Below are positions 36,991-50,900 of a stretch of 64,000 nt of DNA, piece by piece. Source of the DNA: Tubulanus polymorphus (lineage: Eukaryota; Animalia; Nemertea); the NCBI RefSeq assembly GCF_964204645.1, contig NC_134028.1:10106001-10170000 (forward strand), in the 5' to 3' direction. The position numbers and the translations under genes were made by a program. Under the pieces are notes generated by a model, which saw only the letters and a list, made by a program, of their open reading frames with translations, was not told where the DNA came from and searched no databases. Position 1 is the stretch's first letter; every line of letters begins with the position of its first letter.

Positions 36991-39815
36991 GTATGCCCAA
37001 TAACCGTATTTCGGCAAAACGTAGGTTGCTATATCTAAAGCAAAGGCTGTTGCGTAATGAAGATTTAAAATTAAAGTATGACGAATATGTTAGGGATTTA
37101 GTCTCATCGGCCTTTGCTGAAAGATTAACTGGCGCAACAGGTTAATGAGGGTAGTGGATTTACGTGGTACATACCCCACCACCCAGTATTCAATAAGAAA
37201 AAAACCTGATAAATTTAGGGTTGTGTTCGATGGCTCCTCTAAATATGAGGGAGTCTCCCTGAACGATTCTTTATAAGAACTAAAGGAGCTTATTGCATTT
37301 ACTGCCGACATAAAATGCATGTTTCATCAAGTCAGGGTGCCTGACAGAGATGCTCATGCACTCCGTTTTTCTCTGGTGGCCTGACGGAGATCTTGATTTG
37401 GATCCGGTAGATTATCGTATGCTGGTACATATCTTTGGTGCGGTGTCGTCACCTAGTGTGTGTAATTTTGCTCTACACCGGACCGCCGGGGGTACTATTC
37501 ACCTGTTCAGTACTTTGGTTGTAAATACTGTATATAATAATTTTTACGTGGACGATTGCCTTAAATCTTTGGAATCTGTTCCCGTGACAGCAGAAATGGT
37601 TAGCCGTTTAAGCAAACTCTTAGCCTTGGGTGGCTTTAAACTGACCAAGTTTACCTCAAATTCTAAGGAAGTATTGGGAAGTATCCCCTTGGAGGATAGA
37701 GCTGACAAATTAAGGGAAATTGGCCCTGGACTCCCTGGCGAAAGAACACTAGGTATATGGTGGGATATGGACAAGGATGTATTCAAAATCAGTGTTAATT
37801 TAAAGGACCGTCCAGCAACACGGCGTGGAATGTTATCCACTATTACTGGCATTTACGATCCGTTAGGGTTCGCTTGTTCACCTGCCTTGTTACCGGGTAA
37901 AATAATTTTGCAGGAGTTGTGTAAAATGGGCTGCGGTTGGGATGATAAGTTACCCCACGAGTATGTGACTCGATTTGAAAATTGGAAGTCAGGTTTACCT
38001 GATATTGTCAGGGTTTCTATTCCCAGGTGTATGAACCCCCCCCCCCCGGGTTCAAGGTAATTAATGCTCAGTTACATCATTTCGCCGATGCGTCTCAGGA
38101 CGGCTACAGATTTGTTACTTATTTGCGGCTGCGCGACGATAACGATAAGGTTCATACAACGTTAGTAAACTCTAAATCTAGAGTTACTCCGCTTAAAGCG
38201 GTCAGCATCCCCAGGTTGGAGTTAGCTACTGCAACCTTAGCAGTAAAGAATGATCAAACATTGCGTAATGAGTTTGAATTTGAAATTCACGATTCACAGT
38301 TCTGGTCGGATAGTACAACCGTGATAAAGTATGTCAATAATGCTGACAAGAGGTTTAAAACTTACGTAGCCAATCGTTTGGCCATGATTCACGCAGGTTC
38401 AAATCCAGATCAATGGCACTACATTCGTTCTAAAATGAACCCGGCTGACGCTGTGTCCCAAGGCGTCTCTGCTCAGGAGTTCCTTCAAGCTGATTGGGTC
38501 TCTGGTCCATCACTTTTGCGTTTACCAGAATGTGATTGGCCTAAAGGGTTGGATAACCTTGAAATTCATGAGGACCCTGAGGTAAAAGAGGTTTCTTCCT
38601 TTCAGACGAGTGTCAAGCAGGTAGATTCCGAGAGTAAAAGTGAAAATAATGTCATTGCTGACGATACCGGTTACATGTTATTAAATATGGCTAACAAATT
38701 CTCTTCTTGGTATAAGCTTAAGGCTGTTACCGCATGGGTCCTACGTTTCCTCAGAAATCTGAAAGCGGCAGTGACCGCTAAACATGACAAAGGTGTACAA
38801 AGGTATACAGGGTTTATGACCGTACCTGAAATCAGGCATGCAGAGAAAGTGTTACTGCAGGCTGTGCAATCGAAATATTACAGTTACGAAATGAGAATTC
38901 TTTCTGGCGCTTGCAGGAGGAAGACTTTGAAACAGACTAGCCCCATAAAAAGGTTGGACCCGGTATTACTTAGAGTTAAAGGACGTCTCGCAAATTCCAA
39001 TTTGCCTTACAGTAGTAAGCACCCTATAATCTTGCCAAAGGGCTCTTATGTTACTAGGTTGATAGTTACGTACTACCATAGGTATGTGGTTGGGCATTCT
39101 GGTAGGAATCATGTTTTAACGGGTATTAGATGGAAATTCTGGATAACGCGTGGTAACTCACTAGTGGGATCTGTCTTGCGTAGTTGTGTAGACTGTATTA
39201 AACGACAAGGTGCGGTGCATGGTCAAAAGATGGCTAATTTACCCGCTGACAGGGTAACACCCGATAAACCTCCATTCACTTAAATGTCGGTGTAGATCTG
39301 TTCGGACCTTTTTGGTCAAAATCGGTCGCAGTCAGTTAAAACGGTACGGTTGTATCTTTACTTGTCTGGCTTGTCGTGCAATACATATTGAAGTTTTGCA
39401 TAGTATGGATACACCTTCCTTTATAAACGGTTTGAGGAGATTTATTGCCCGTAGAGGTTCACCGGAGTCGATCAAGATTTGTATTTCAAATTGGAATCAA
39501 CAGGAAGTGTCCAATTTCTTGCTTCAGCGGGAAATAAATTGGAAGTTTAACCCACCTGCTGGTAGCCATTTTGGTGGCGTCTGGGAAAGATGCATCCGCA
39601 CCATAAGGAAAATACTGGGTGCTCTGCTGCGTCAGCAGACGTTGACTGATGAAAGTTTGCAGACGCTTATGTGCGAGGTTGAAAGTGTTGTCAATAGCCG
39701 TCCGTTAACCCATGTTTCTGATAACAAAGATGATATACATGCTTTAACACCTAATCACCTCTTATTACTGCGCCCTGGTGGAACCTTGCCACCTGGTATC
39801 TTCATTGATACATAT

Positions 39816-39905
<90 letters not shown>

Positions 39906-40187
39906 CGTCACAGATGGCGACAGGTACAATACTTAGCTAACATTTTTTGGCGTCGGTGGAATAAGGAATATCTGCACCTCATGCAAGAACGTCAAAAATG
40001 GCATAATCCCAGGAGAAATATAGTTACTGGCGATATTGTGTTAATCAAAGATAATACTGCTGCTAGGTGTAACTGGCCGTTAGGCAAAGTAATTCAAGGG
40101 TTTCTTGGTAGTGACGGGTTAGCGAGAAGCGTATTATTAAAAACTATGGATAATGAGTTGATCCGGCCTGTGGACAAATTAGTATGA
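36991..40187 (+). pseudogene. BEL1 RT-RNaseH-integrase portion
   Basis: HIFGAVSSP, FYVDD, YDPLG, HHFADAS, SIPRLEL, NPAD, GGVWER, INSRPL-like and GPY/F-like tail; several frameshifts. Confidence 0.92.
39812..39902. repeat. (TA)n microsatellite inside BEL1 integrase
   Basis: ~90-bp TA run. Confidence 0.95.
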
Positions 40188-40449
40188 CTTGAATTGGATG
40201 ATTAATTGCATACGCATTAATGTATAACCGGGTTGATTGTTTTCCACTGTTGTCGGAAACAACTTGATGTAACTGATACTACTGAACTGTCAATCAATAT
40301 GACCTATATGTAACTCTGCATGCAGCCCCCTTTCCCGCCACTTGGCACTCTAATAAAATTTCTTATACTGTACACACGGAATTCATCACAGCTGTTCTCG
40401 ATCCTGTTTCTAGTGGATTCTCTACCACATTTTTGGTGCCGTGACCAGG

Positions 40450-43400
40450 ATGGCAGCTCAGGACAAACGCTTGGTGCAAAACCGCACGACCAACAGAGGA
40501 CTTTTGACCAAAACTATTTCTAAAATTCAAATTATTCTAAGAAGCGAAGCTATTTCGGAATTGGATCGCGATCGGCTACTCGCAGCCATGGAGACGTACA
40601 AGGAGAAAAATTAACATTCTCGCTGATCTAGATCAAAAACTCCTACTGACCGTCGAGGAGGCGGACTTGGATAAATTCATTACGGAGGCAGACGAATACC
40701 TAACGGATATCAAAGAAAATTACCGGGTACTACAAAGACAAATCGATTGAAGGTTCGCTGCAGATCAACACGATACCAGCTTGATCTCAGATCAGTCTGC
40801 GCGAAGCGACCGTAACTCGCGACGAACGGTCAACTTACCAAAACTCTCCTTAATGAAATTTGATGGAAATATACTGAACTGGTTGGAATTCTTCGATTCC
40901 TTTAATTCGGCAGTTGGGATGGACGAAAACCTTACGGACGTCCAGAAATTCCAATAGTTACGGGCTCAAACAACGGACGAAGCGGCTCAGGTGATAAACG
41001 GGTTATCACTCACCGATGGTAACTACAATCACGCGTTGGAATTGCTCAAAGATCGATACGGTAAACCTCATGTTATCATCGGCGCATATGCGTGCGCTGT
41101 GGGAGCTTGAACCACCTAGCGCCAACCACCAATCATTACGTAACTTTTACGACCGTTTAGAGGCTTACATAAGAGGTTTAAGATCTCTTGGTAAACCAGA
41201 AGAAACATACGGAGATTTACTCGTGCCTGTCGTATTGGATAAGTTACCCGGTCATATCCGCCAACAAATGACGAGACAACGCGGAAACAATGATTGGAAT
41301 ATCGTCGACCTCAGAACTTCGCTACTAAAAGAAATCGAAGCCCTTCGCGCGGGGGATACGCTAAATAACGACTTTCAAGACCACGATCTCACGTACCCAT
41401 CCGCAGCCTTCCATACCCGTGTATCTACGTCCAAGCCGAAAACATTCTCACGATCTAATTGCGCTTACTGTAAATCAAACAACCATAATTCTCATGAATG
41501 TCGCGTTTTCAACAGACCCGGAAAAAGGCGAGAAATAGTAATTCGAGACCGCTTATGTTTTAACTGTTTAGGTTCACACCGTTCCGCCGACTGCAAATCC
41601 ACAGATGCCGAAATTGCCAACGGAAACATCATTCATCTCTATGTGACCCGCAGAGAAACCACGTGGCAACGCAACCGCTACAAACTAACACTGACTCACA
41701 AACTACCACCCATCAAGTGGAAGTAAAAATAACTCCAACTGGAGGAGCCGTTCTACTAAAAACGGCGTTCGCCCGTATCTCTTCTGAATCGACATCAAGT
41801 ATTGCGACCATCTTTTTTGACGAAGGCGCCCAAAGATCCTTCATCACACAGAAAATGGCACAAGCCCTACATCTAGTGTCAAATGAGTCCGAAGACATTC
41901 AGATATCGGCCTTTGGTGGTATATCAGGACTTGCTCGGTCTTTAGACGTCGGGACCATAAAGCTAAATACCAGTTATGGAGATTTAAAAATTCGAACACT
42001 GATCGTGCAGTCGATTTCTGCTCCCATTCACAATAAAATGTCACGAAAGGTGCTCGAATTACCGCATATACGAAATCTCGAATTGGCACATCCGTATTCG
42101 GACTGCGAAAATCACGAAATAGAACTCTTAATCGGTGCAGATTATTATTGGGCGATCGTAGGAAATGATATCGTACGTGGCCCCGGACCAACTTCGACAA
42201 TCGGTAATCTACTATCAGGACCCACATGTCAGCCTACAACTCATATTAACCTCATTAGCGCGCTGAAAGTTAACACATGTGCTGTCGAAAACAAACGCGA
42301 GGAAATAAATCTACAACGTTTCTGGGACCTGGAAACAATCGGGATCAAAGATGACGCGCATACAACCGGAACTGCAGTCAGCAAATCCATGTCGAATTAC
42401 AGTCAGACACACTTGCGCTTTAAAAATGGAAAATACACCGCGAAACTACCCTGGAAAGATGACCACGCCCCCTTGCCAACCAACCGAATGGTGGCTGAGA
42501 GACGAACACGTGGTATGATCCGCCGACTTGAACCGGAAATGCGAATCGTCTACAATAATATTATCAACGAACAATTATCACGTGGCTTCATCGAAGAAGT
42601 CGAAAACGACGATCACTCGGGACACTACTTACCTCACCGTGGGGTAAAAAAGGACTCAGTAACCACACCTTTGAGAATAGTATTCGACTGCAGCTGTAAG
42701 TCCGGACATGAACCTAGTTTGAACGATTGCCTTGAGACTGGACCGTCATTGCTTAACGATCTAGCGTCAATCATAATACGCTTCCGATTACACAAATTCG
42801 CGATATCTGCAGACATTGAGAAGGCCTTCCTACAAATCGGCCTTGATTCAAACGATCGAAAATTCACAAAATTTCTTTGGCTTTCCGACCAATCAAACCC
42901 AGAAAGTGAATTGAAGGCTTACCAATTTCGTTCAGTGCTCTTTGGAGCGGTTTGCAACCCATACATCTTAAACGTCACCGTGAAATCACACTTACGCAGT
43001 ATAGATACGGAAACCGCTCGGGATATCTCTGATAACATATATGTTGATAACGATGTCACGGGTGTAAGCTCCGATACCGAAGCGCTTCGATTCTACCACG
43101 AATCCGTAGACATTACCAAATCCGCCGGACTCAACCTACGATCCTGGGCAACTAACTCCGGAAAATTACGCGAACAACTAGAAACCGATGAAGTGGCCGA
43201 CTCAGATACCGAATCGAAAATTCTTGGCTTAATCTGGAACACCCAATGGGATTCTATCGGATTTCCACATAAGCTTAAAAACGAACTGTCATGCGATGTT
43301 GTTACTAAACGCGAAGTCGTCAGTCGAGCTTCGAAAGTATTTGACCCATTAGGGTTTTTAGCCCCAGTTCAGATAAGGGCTAAGATCTTTATTCAGGAAC

Positions 43401-44931
43401 TGTGGAAAGAGAAATTCGATTTGGACCAACCCATACCCGATGACCTAAAGCTTAAATGGATACACATTGCGACTGATCTTTGCGACGCTTCAGAGATCCA
43501 CATTTCACGGAAATACTTCGAGGAATCTGACCGTAGATCAGACTACGAGATCCACGCGTTCGGAGATAGTAGCAAGGAAGCCTATGGATCTGTTGTTTAC
43601 TTACGTAACCTCACCGACACATCCTTAGTGATGGTAAAAACGCGTGTCGCTCCGGTAAAGGAACTTACCATTCCTCAGCTCGAGCTGCTTGCAGCGCTTA
43701 CTGCTGCCAGGCTTATCACGTATGTCTATCGTGCTCTCGCGTCGAAAATAAATATATCTAAAACTATTCTGTGGTCCGACAACCAAATCGTATTACATTG
43801 GATTCATAGCGACAAGAAACTACCTGTTTTTGTATCAAACAGCGTAACTCAAATCAAATTGGTAAATATTGATGAATTCAAGTACTGCCCGACGAAAGAT
43901 AATCCGGCTGATATTCTCTCTAGTGGAATATGCGCAGCCGACTTGCAGAACTGCGACCTATGGTGGAAGGGACCACATTGGTTAGGCCAAGGCGATTGGC
44001 CCATTTGCGAACTGTTCGATTCACAATCCTGTTAACTGAAACGGAATCATTAGACCCCCAAAGAAGCGCAATCGCTTCTCAAGCCCGCCAGAAATTCGGA
44101 ATCATTAAAGAAGTAAATCCGGCGTTTTATCCCGACTTATCGAAAATGGTTCGGATATGTGCGTACGTTCTAGGATTTGTCTCACTCTTAAGGGGAAACA
44201 AACAGGCGACAGGTCAGACCCTAACAGTTACCGAGTTACAAAAATCCGAAAATGCTTTCATTAGATCGGTACAAAAGAAATACTTTACGAAGGAATATAA
44301 TGAACTACATCAGAAAAAAACAAATTCAACGTTAATCAAACAGTTTCGCCTCTTCATGGATAACGATGGAATTGTGCGCGTCGGGGGAAGATTACAGAAT
44401 GCGCCACTAAATTACAGCACAACCTTCCCGGCTCTTTTGCCGTCGAAATCAAGGTTAACCGAACTCGTTGTATTAGACGCCCGCCATAACGTGAAACACG
44501 CCGGTTTGGAGTCAACTATGACCCACATACGTCAAGCATTCTGGATTATAAAGATACGGCAGGCTGTCAAACCCATCCTACGGAAATGCGTTCCATGTAG
44601 GTAAGTGACGGGATTACCATACGCACTACCAGAACCGGCACCGCTCCAGAAAGATCGCTTAAGCGAAGCTCCGCCCTTTACAGCGTGTGGACTAGATTTC
44701 TCCGGTGCTTTACATGTTCGTCCCAATTCGCTAGGGACAAATAAAGCCTACATTCTGTTGTTTACATGCGCCAGTACACGGGCGCTTCATCTGGAAGTCG
44801 TAACCGACCTTTCAACTTCAACGTTCTTACACGCGTTTCGTCGCTTCGCGGCTCGTCGTTCCGTTACAAACAAAATAATTTCGGACAACGCCTCAACATT
44901 TCTCTCCGCGGACGAGACGATTCGGAATATC
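40450..44931 (+). pseudogene. BEL2 gag-pol, disrupted (continues 51011..~51776)
   Basis: Zn knuckles, FFDEGAQRSF protease, YVDN RT, IPQLEL RNaseH, GLDFSG integrase; stops and frameshifts. Confidence 0.92.
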
Positions 44932-47900
44932 TGTCACGCAGTACTAGCGTGTATTATGTAACGTGTTATATTTCACCGATCACAGTTTCACGGGTGATCA
45001 ACCATGTATATTATTGTGTATATAAACCTTTTCCTGCAATAAAGTGGGGTTCAGTTTTTCGTTTGTATCTAGCTGTGTTGGAGTTATTTTTCTGCCTTTG
45101 GAGGATCTACAGTCCCAGGTCATTTTCCGTATGACATTTTGGTCCCTCGAGCCGAGGAAATAGAAACAGCAAGATGGACGAAGAAGATAAGAAAAAATTA
45201 TACAACACGAGGAAAGGACATCGGAGTCACCTAACGAAATTATTTACGAGAGGAAGAGACGCGGTATCTCAGGAGCAAAGCGTGCAAGGTATGTCCGTCG
45301 TATCGATGATAAAGGAAAAAATTCAAATGATGACCGATTTAGATTCAAACTTATTAGAATTTTATTCGAAAGAAAAAGAAATTTGCGACTTTATCGCCGA
45401 GTCTGAAGATTATTTGTCGGAACGAAAAATTGATTTGTCAGTGTTGGAGCATTCCGTACAAGCTCTTACGATTAATGTTCCTTCAAACCGTGATTTTACA
45501 ACTCGTCCGAAAAGATTAACGCTCGAAAAATTAAAATTGCCGACATTCTCAGGAAACCTCCTAGAATGGAAGTCATTCTGGGACTTATTTTGCGCAACAG
45601 TTGACGAGCAGTCGGATCTCTCGGGTATCGAAAAATTTAGTCATTTGATTACTCATTTGACAGGAGAAGCCAAAGAATGTCTTGAGGGCCTCCCGTTAAC
45701 CGATGTGAATTATTTCGTTGCAAAAAAGTTATTGTGCGACCGATTCGGGCAAGCTCATAAAATCGCTGAGGTCTATATGACATCCTTGTTGAGTTTACCG
45801 GCACCCCGCTATGATCTAAAATCGTTAAGGTCATTTTACGATAAGTTAGAGAAATACATCAGGAGTTTAGATTCGATAGGGAAGCCTACTTCAAATTATG
45901 GCGCCATGTTAGTTCCGGTTCTGCGAACGAAATTACCATATGAAGTAAATTTGAGTATTTCTAAAGAGCATGGCAATAAAGACTGGGACCTCGACTCGTT
46001 GCGTACGGCTATAAAGAATGAAGTGTTAACTCTCGAGGCGTGTAACACTTTGAGTTGTTCGAATTCAACTCAAGCCAAAAGTTCAACCGTGACGTCGTTG
46101 ATTTCGACCGTAGATCGCGTGAATTATAATAGACCGGTTAAACAACAACTACACCGTCCCAACAATTCGAACCGCGGTAAATGCGCGTATTGTTATTCTT
46201 CAAATCATTACGCGAACCAGTGCGAGATCATAACTGACCCTGAAATTCGCTTCAGTATGATCAGAAATGCGAATTTATGTTATAGTTGTTTAGGGAAACA
46301 CCGTTCTCGAGATTGTGGTTCTCAACAGCGGTGTAAATCGTGCGGCGGCAAACATCATTCGAGTTTGTGCAGTGCTTCTTTTTTCAGGCGATCTCAACCT
46401 AAGGGTGTGCGTGCACATTTGGTCAGTTGTGAGCGTAGCGTTGATGGTACTGCGCCTACACCTCAGTTAGTACCCGCGGCTCGCAATCCCACACCACAAC
46501 AGCAGTCAACAATGAGTTTAATAAATGAATCCAATTCTTACGCAAAATCAGAAACGTCTATAGAAAATGTTAACATTTCAGTAGCCGTTAATACGGTTCA
46601 AACGATTCCAGTTCATTTAAAAACTGCTGTTGGTAGGGTAACGGGACCCGAGGAACATACCTTCGCCAACATCCTTTTCGATGATGGATCGCAAAGATCA
46701 TTTGTTACGGAAGAGTTAGCAAATCTTCTAAAATTAAAGATTATCAAAAATGCAGATTTGAATTTGTGTACTTTTGGGGCAACTTCGACTACGAACAGGA
46801 AGGTCGATATTGTAGAGATTAACATAATATGTACAGATGGATCTACTTTAAAAGTCGAAGCAATAGTTGTACCGGCCATAACAAAACCATTACTTGTGCC
46901 TTCTGATATTGAAACAATTAATGAATTTAAAGGTCTTCAATTTGCACAACCCATACATTACGCTTCAGATCACATCGACATTTCTGTATTAATCGGAAGT
47001 GATTATTACTACAATTTTATTGAGACTGAAGGCACAATACGGTCGAGCGATGGTCCAGTAGCGGTTCCAACTAAACTCGGTTATGTTATAACTGGGCCTA
47101 GGAAAAATGGTAGTTCTAGTAATGTTAGCATGTTACATGTAGTATCGGAGCCTGATTCTTATAATCTTGGCCGATTCTGGTCGTTAGATATTTTAGGTAT
47201 CACGCCTCCAGTCGACGAAACTTCCAATTTTTTAGAGGAATATCTAAATAGTTCTATTTCTAAAGAAGGAGGTATCTATCAGGCAAAACTCCCGTGGAGA
47301 GTGGGTTATGGTCCTTTACCATCAAATTACTCGGTAGCATACGGCCGTACAAGATCACTCGCTCGGCGCCTGTTTCAATCTTCGTTGTTAGAGAGTTATG
47401 ACGGGATAATCAAATATCAATTAGAACGCGACTTCATTGAGAAGGTGGCCTACCCTGATCCTATTGATGATTTAGGGAAAATTCATTATATTCCGCATCA
47501 CGCTGTATTTCGAGAGTCTAGTACTACACCTATCCGCATAGTATTTGACTGTAGTTGTCGTTCTTCCAAAAACTCATTAAGTTTGAATGATTGTTTGGAG
47601 TCAGGGCCTTGCCTTCTCAATGAACTCACTTCTATTCTCATACGATTTCGATTATTTGATTGCGCAGTAACCACTGATATCGAAAAAGCGTTTTTGCACG
47701 TTGGTTTAGATAAATCGGATCGAGATTCTACGCGTTTTCTCTGGCTTAGTGATTCGAAAGACACTGAAAGTACATTTGAGGTTTATCGCTTTAAGAGAGT
47801 CCTTTTCGGTGCGAAATGTTCGCCGTTTATGCTAAATAGTACAATTATATATCATCTTAGAAACAGTTTCAAAGGTAAATTTACGAATAACCTTTTACGA

Positions 47901-50900
47901 GATATATATGTCGACAATATTAGTACAAGCGTAAACTCTGTGTCAGATGTAATTCAGTTCTATAAAGAAGCGAGATCACTCAAAGAAAATGCCAATTTCA
48001 ATTTTCGATGCTGGGCATCGAATAGTTCGCAGCTACGTGAGCTTGCAAAACACGACGGTGTACTTGAACCTTCTCGTATTGTAAAGAATCTTGGTCTCAT
48101 GTGGGACACTGATAGAGATTTGATCGCATATCCAAAGCACGCGGTAATAGACGAGTCTCCTATCACAAAACGTGTTATTTTGAGAAGGACCGCCAAAATA
48201 TATGATCCTCTTGGGTTTTTGACTCCCGTCACTCTTCCATCAAAATTACTTCTTCAAGATTTATGGAAGCAGTCATACGGATGGGATGATTTGTTACCTA
48301 AGGATATTTGTTCTCAATGGTTCTCTATTAATGAAAACCTGTGCCGAGCTTTGGATATGACATTTCAGAGAAAGTATTTCTCAGATCCGAATTTGCGAAC
48401 TACTGATTTAGAACTACACATATTTGGTGATAGTTCGACTCGCGCGTATGGAGCAGTGGCGTACCTTAAATCTGGTAGTCAGTCTAGTTTGATAATGTCA
48501 AAATCTCGTGTCGCTCCAGTTAAAGAATTGACCATCCCTAAGTTAGAATTGATGGCAGCTACGGTTGCAGCCAGGTTGTCTGATCACATTCAACGTTCAA
48601 TTAATCCAACCATTGGTTCTAATTCGCCTATAAAATCCTTTCACTGGACTGACAGTCAGATTGTATTGGGTTGGTTAAATTCAGGAAAGAAACAGACACA
48701 ATTTGTGAATAACCGGGTATCCGAGATTAGAAAATTAACTTCTTTAAACAGTTGGTTTTACTGTCCAGGTAACGTTAACCCTGCAGACCTGTTAACTCGC
48801 GGTGTGCATTACAATGAGTTAACAGCTGATCTATGGTTAAAAGGGCCAGCTTGGTTGACCAATGGGAGTCCTCTACCTGAACAGCCTAGCACAATTTCAA
48901 TCAATTACGTAGTGGCTCAAAATTCCGATCCAATTCGTAAGAAGGAAAGTTCAATTTTTACTTTTCAATTGGGAGAAGTTATAGATTATAGTCAATTCAC
49001 GTCATACTCAGAGTTGGTAAATGTCATGGCTCTGGCTTTACGCTTTATTCATAACCTTAAATCAATAAAAGAGGATCGAAATCACGGACCACTATCGTCA
49101 TCAGAAATCGTGAATGCTGAAAAATTGATAATCAAATATTTTCAGTCCGCTTTGTGTGCCGAGATAATTCAGGACTTGACGAGTGGCACAAAGAGAAAGA
49201 AATTATCTGTAGTTAATCAACTACAATTATACATAGACGACGAGGGCATTATTAGGTGCAAAGGTCGTCTCCAGAATGCTGATATGAGTTTTGATTCTAA
49301 ACACCCGATATTCGTACCAAAATCGTGTATGTTATCTAGTTTGATTATCAATGATGCTCATCTGCAGGTCATGCATTTCGGTGTAAGTGCAACTGTGTGT
49401 AAGATACGAGAAAATTTTTGGATCCCTCAGATACGCCAAGCAGTCAAGTCTCAGGTCAGAAAATGCGTTACATGTCGCAAAGTTTCTGGTAAACCCTTTA
49501 CGTTACCAGATCCACCTCCACTTCCTGGGTATAGAGTTTCTAGATATCCACCGTTTTACTACTGTGGACTGGATTATTGCGGACCATTCGTTTTAAAAAA
49601 TGGCAGCAATTGTTATATTGCATTATTCACATGCACTGTAACCAGAGCAGTCCATTGTGAGGTTGTAGTTAGTAACTCTACAGACGAATTTATAAGATGT
49701 TTCCGTAGGTTCACTGCTCGTCGCTCCGTGCCAAGGATGCTTATCTCTGATAATGCTAGTACCTTTATCGGAGCCAACTCCGAATTGAAGAAGATATTTG
49801 AAGCTTTGAGTTCAACGAATTTCCTTTCAAAGCGACGCATTGATTGGCATTTTATGACAAAAAGAAGCCCTTGGCACGGAGGATTCTACGAGCGATTAAT
49901 CGGTTTGACAAAGTCTGCTCTGAAAAAGTGTTTAGGAAGGGCAAAAGTAACTCTAGATGAATTTTCGACATTAATCACAGAAATTGAGTGTACGATTAAT
50001 GACAGACCCTTAGTCAGGGAAACATCAGATATCAATGACATTAATGTATTAACTCCATCTCATTTAGTTTGTGGAAGGAAAATTAATTCATTGCCTCATC
50101 CTGAGTTTGATATCAATGATCCTGATTATTCCAATTTGTCAGAATCCGAGTTGCAGAATCGATATAAATTCCTGGTTACACTTCAAGATAAATTTTGGGA
50201 TAAGTGGCATAAAGAGTACCTGGTAAATTTGAGAGAATCTCATAAATCTGTTGGCGATAATTATCAAAATATCAAACCGGGAATGCTAGTTTTAATACAT
50301 GACGCACATGTTCCACGTTTACGATGGAAATTAGCTATAATTACTAAGATTTTGCGCGGGGAGGATGACCTCATTCGGTCAGTAGAGTTAAAAACTGCCA
50401 ATGGTTTCACTAACCGTCCAATTTCTAAACTAGTTTATCTAGAAGTAAATGTTCCAGTTGAATCCATTCCAGTGCAAAATTCAATTTCAACTGATGAGAA
50501 AACTCAAACTCCTCGTCCCCCTACTCGTGCATCGGCAATAGTTGCCAAAGATAGAATTTCGAAGCAATTAAAAGTTTTGGAAGATCAAGATACAGATAAT
50601 GCTTAAATTAGTCTCAGTTCTATTAAGATTATATTACAATTACATGTAAATAGTTTGATTGTTAAATCAATTGTTCATTATAATAATATGTAAATTGTTT
50701 GTAATTTCGTACATTGAGATATTTGTTATACGAACTTCTATTTCTATTTTGTATGATTCTATGTACGATTTATCTTTAAACTTATCTGCTGTGGTGGGAG
50801 TGTCACGCAGTACTAGCGTGTATTATGTAACGTGTTATATTTCACCGATCACAGTTTCACGGGTGATCAACCATGTATATTATTGTGTATATAAACCTTT

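Noticed and set aside
44766-45134. ORF sharing a peptide with 50659..51003
   Set aside because: The shared peptide is just the translated BEL3 LTR.
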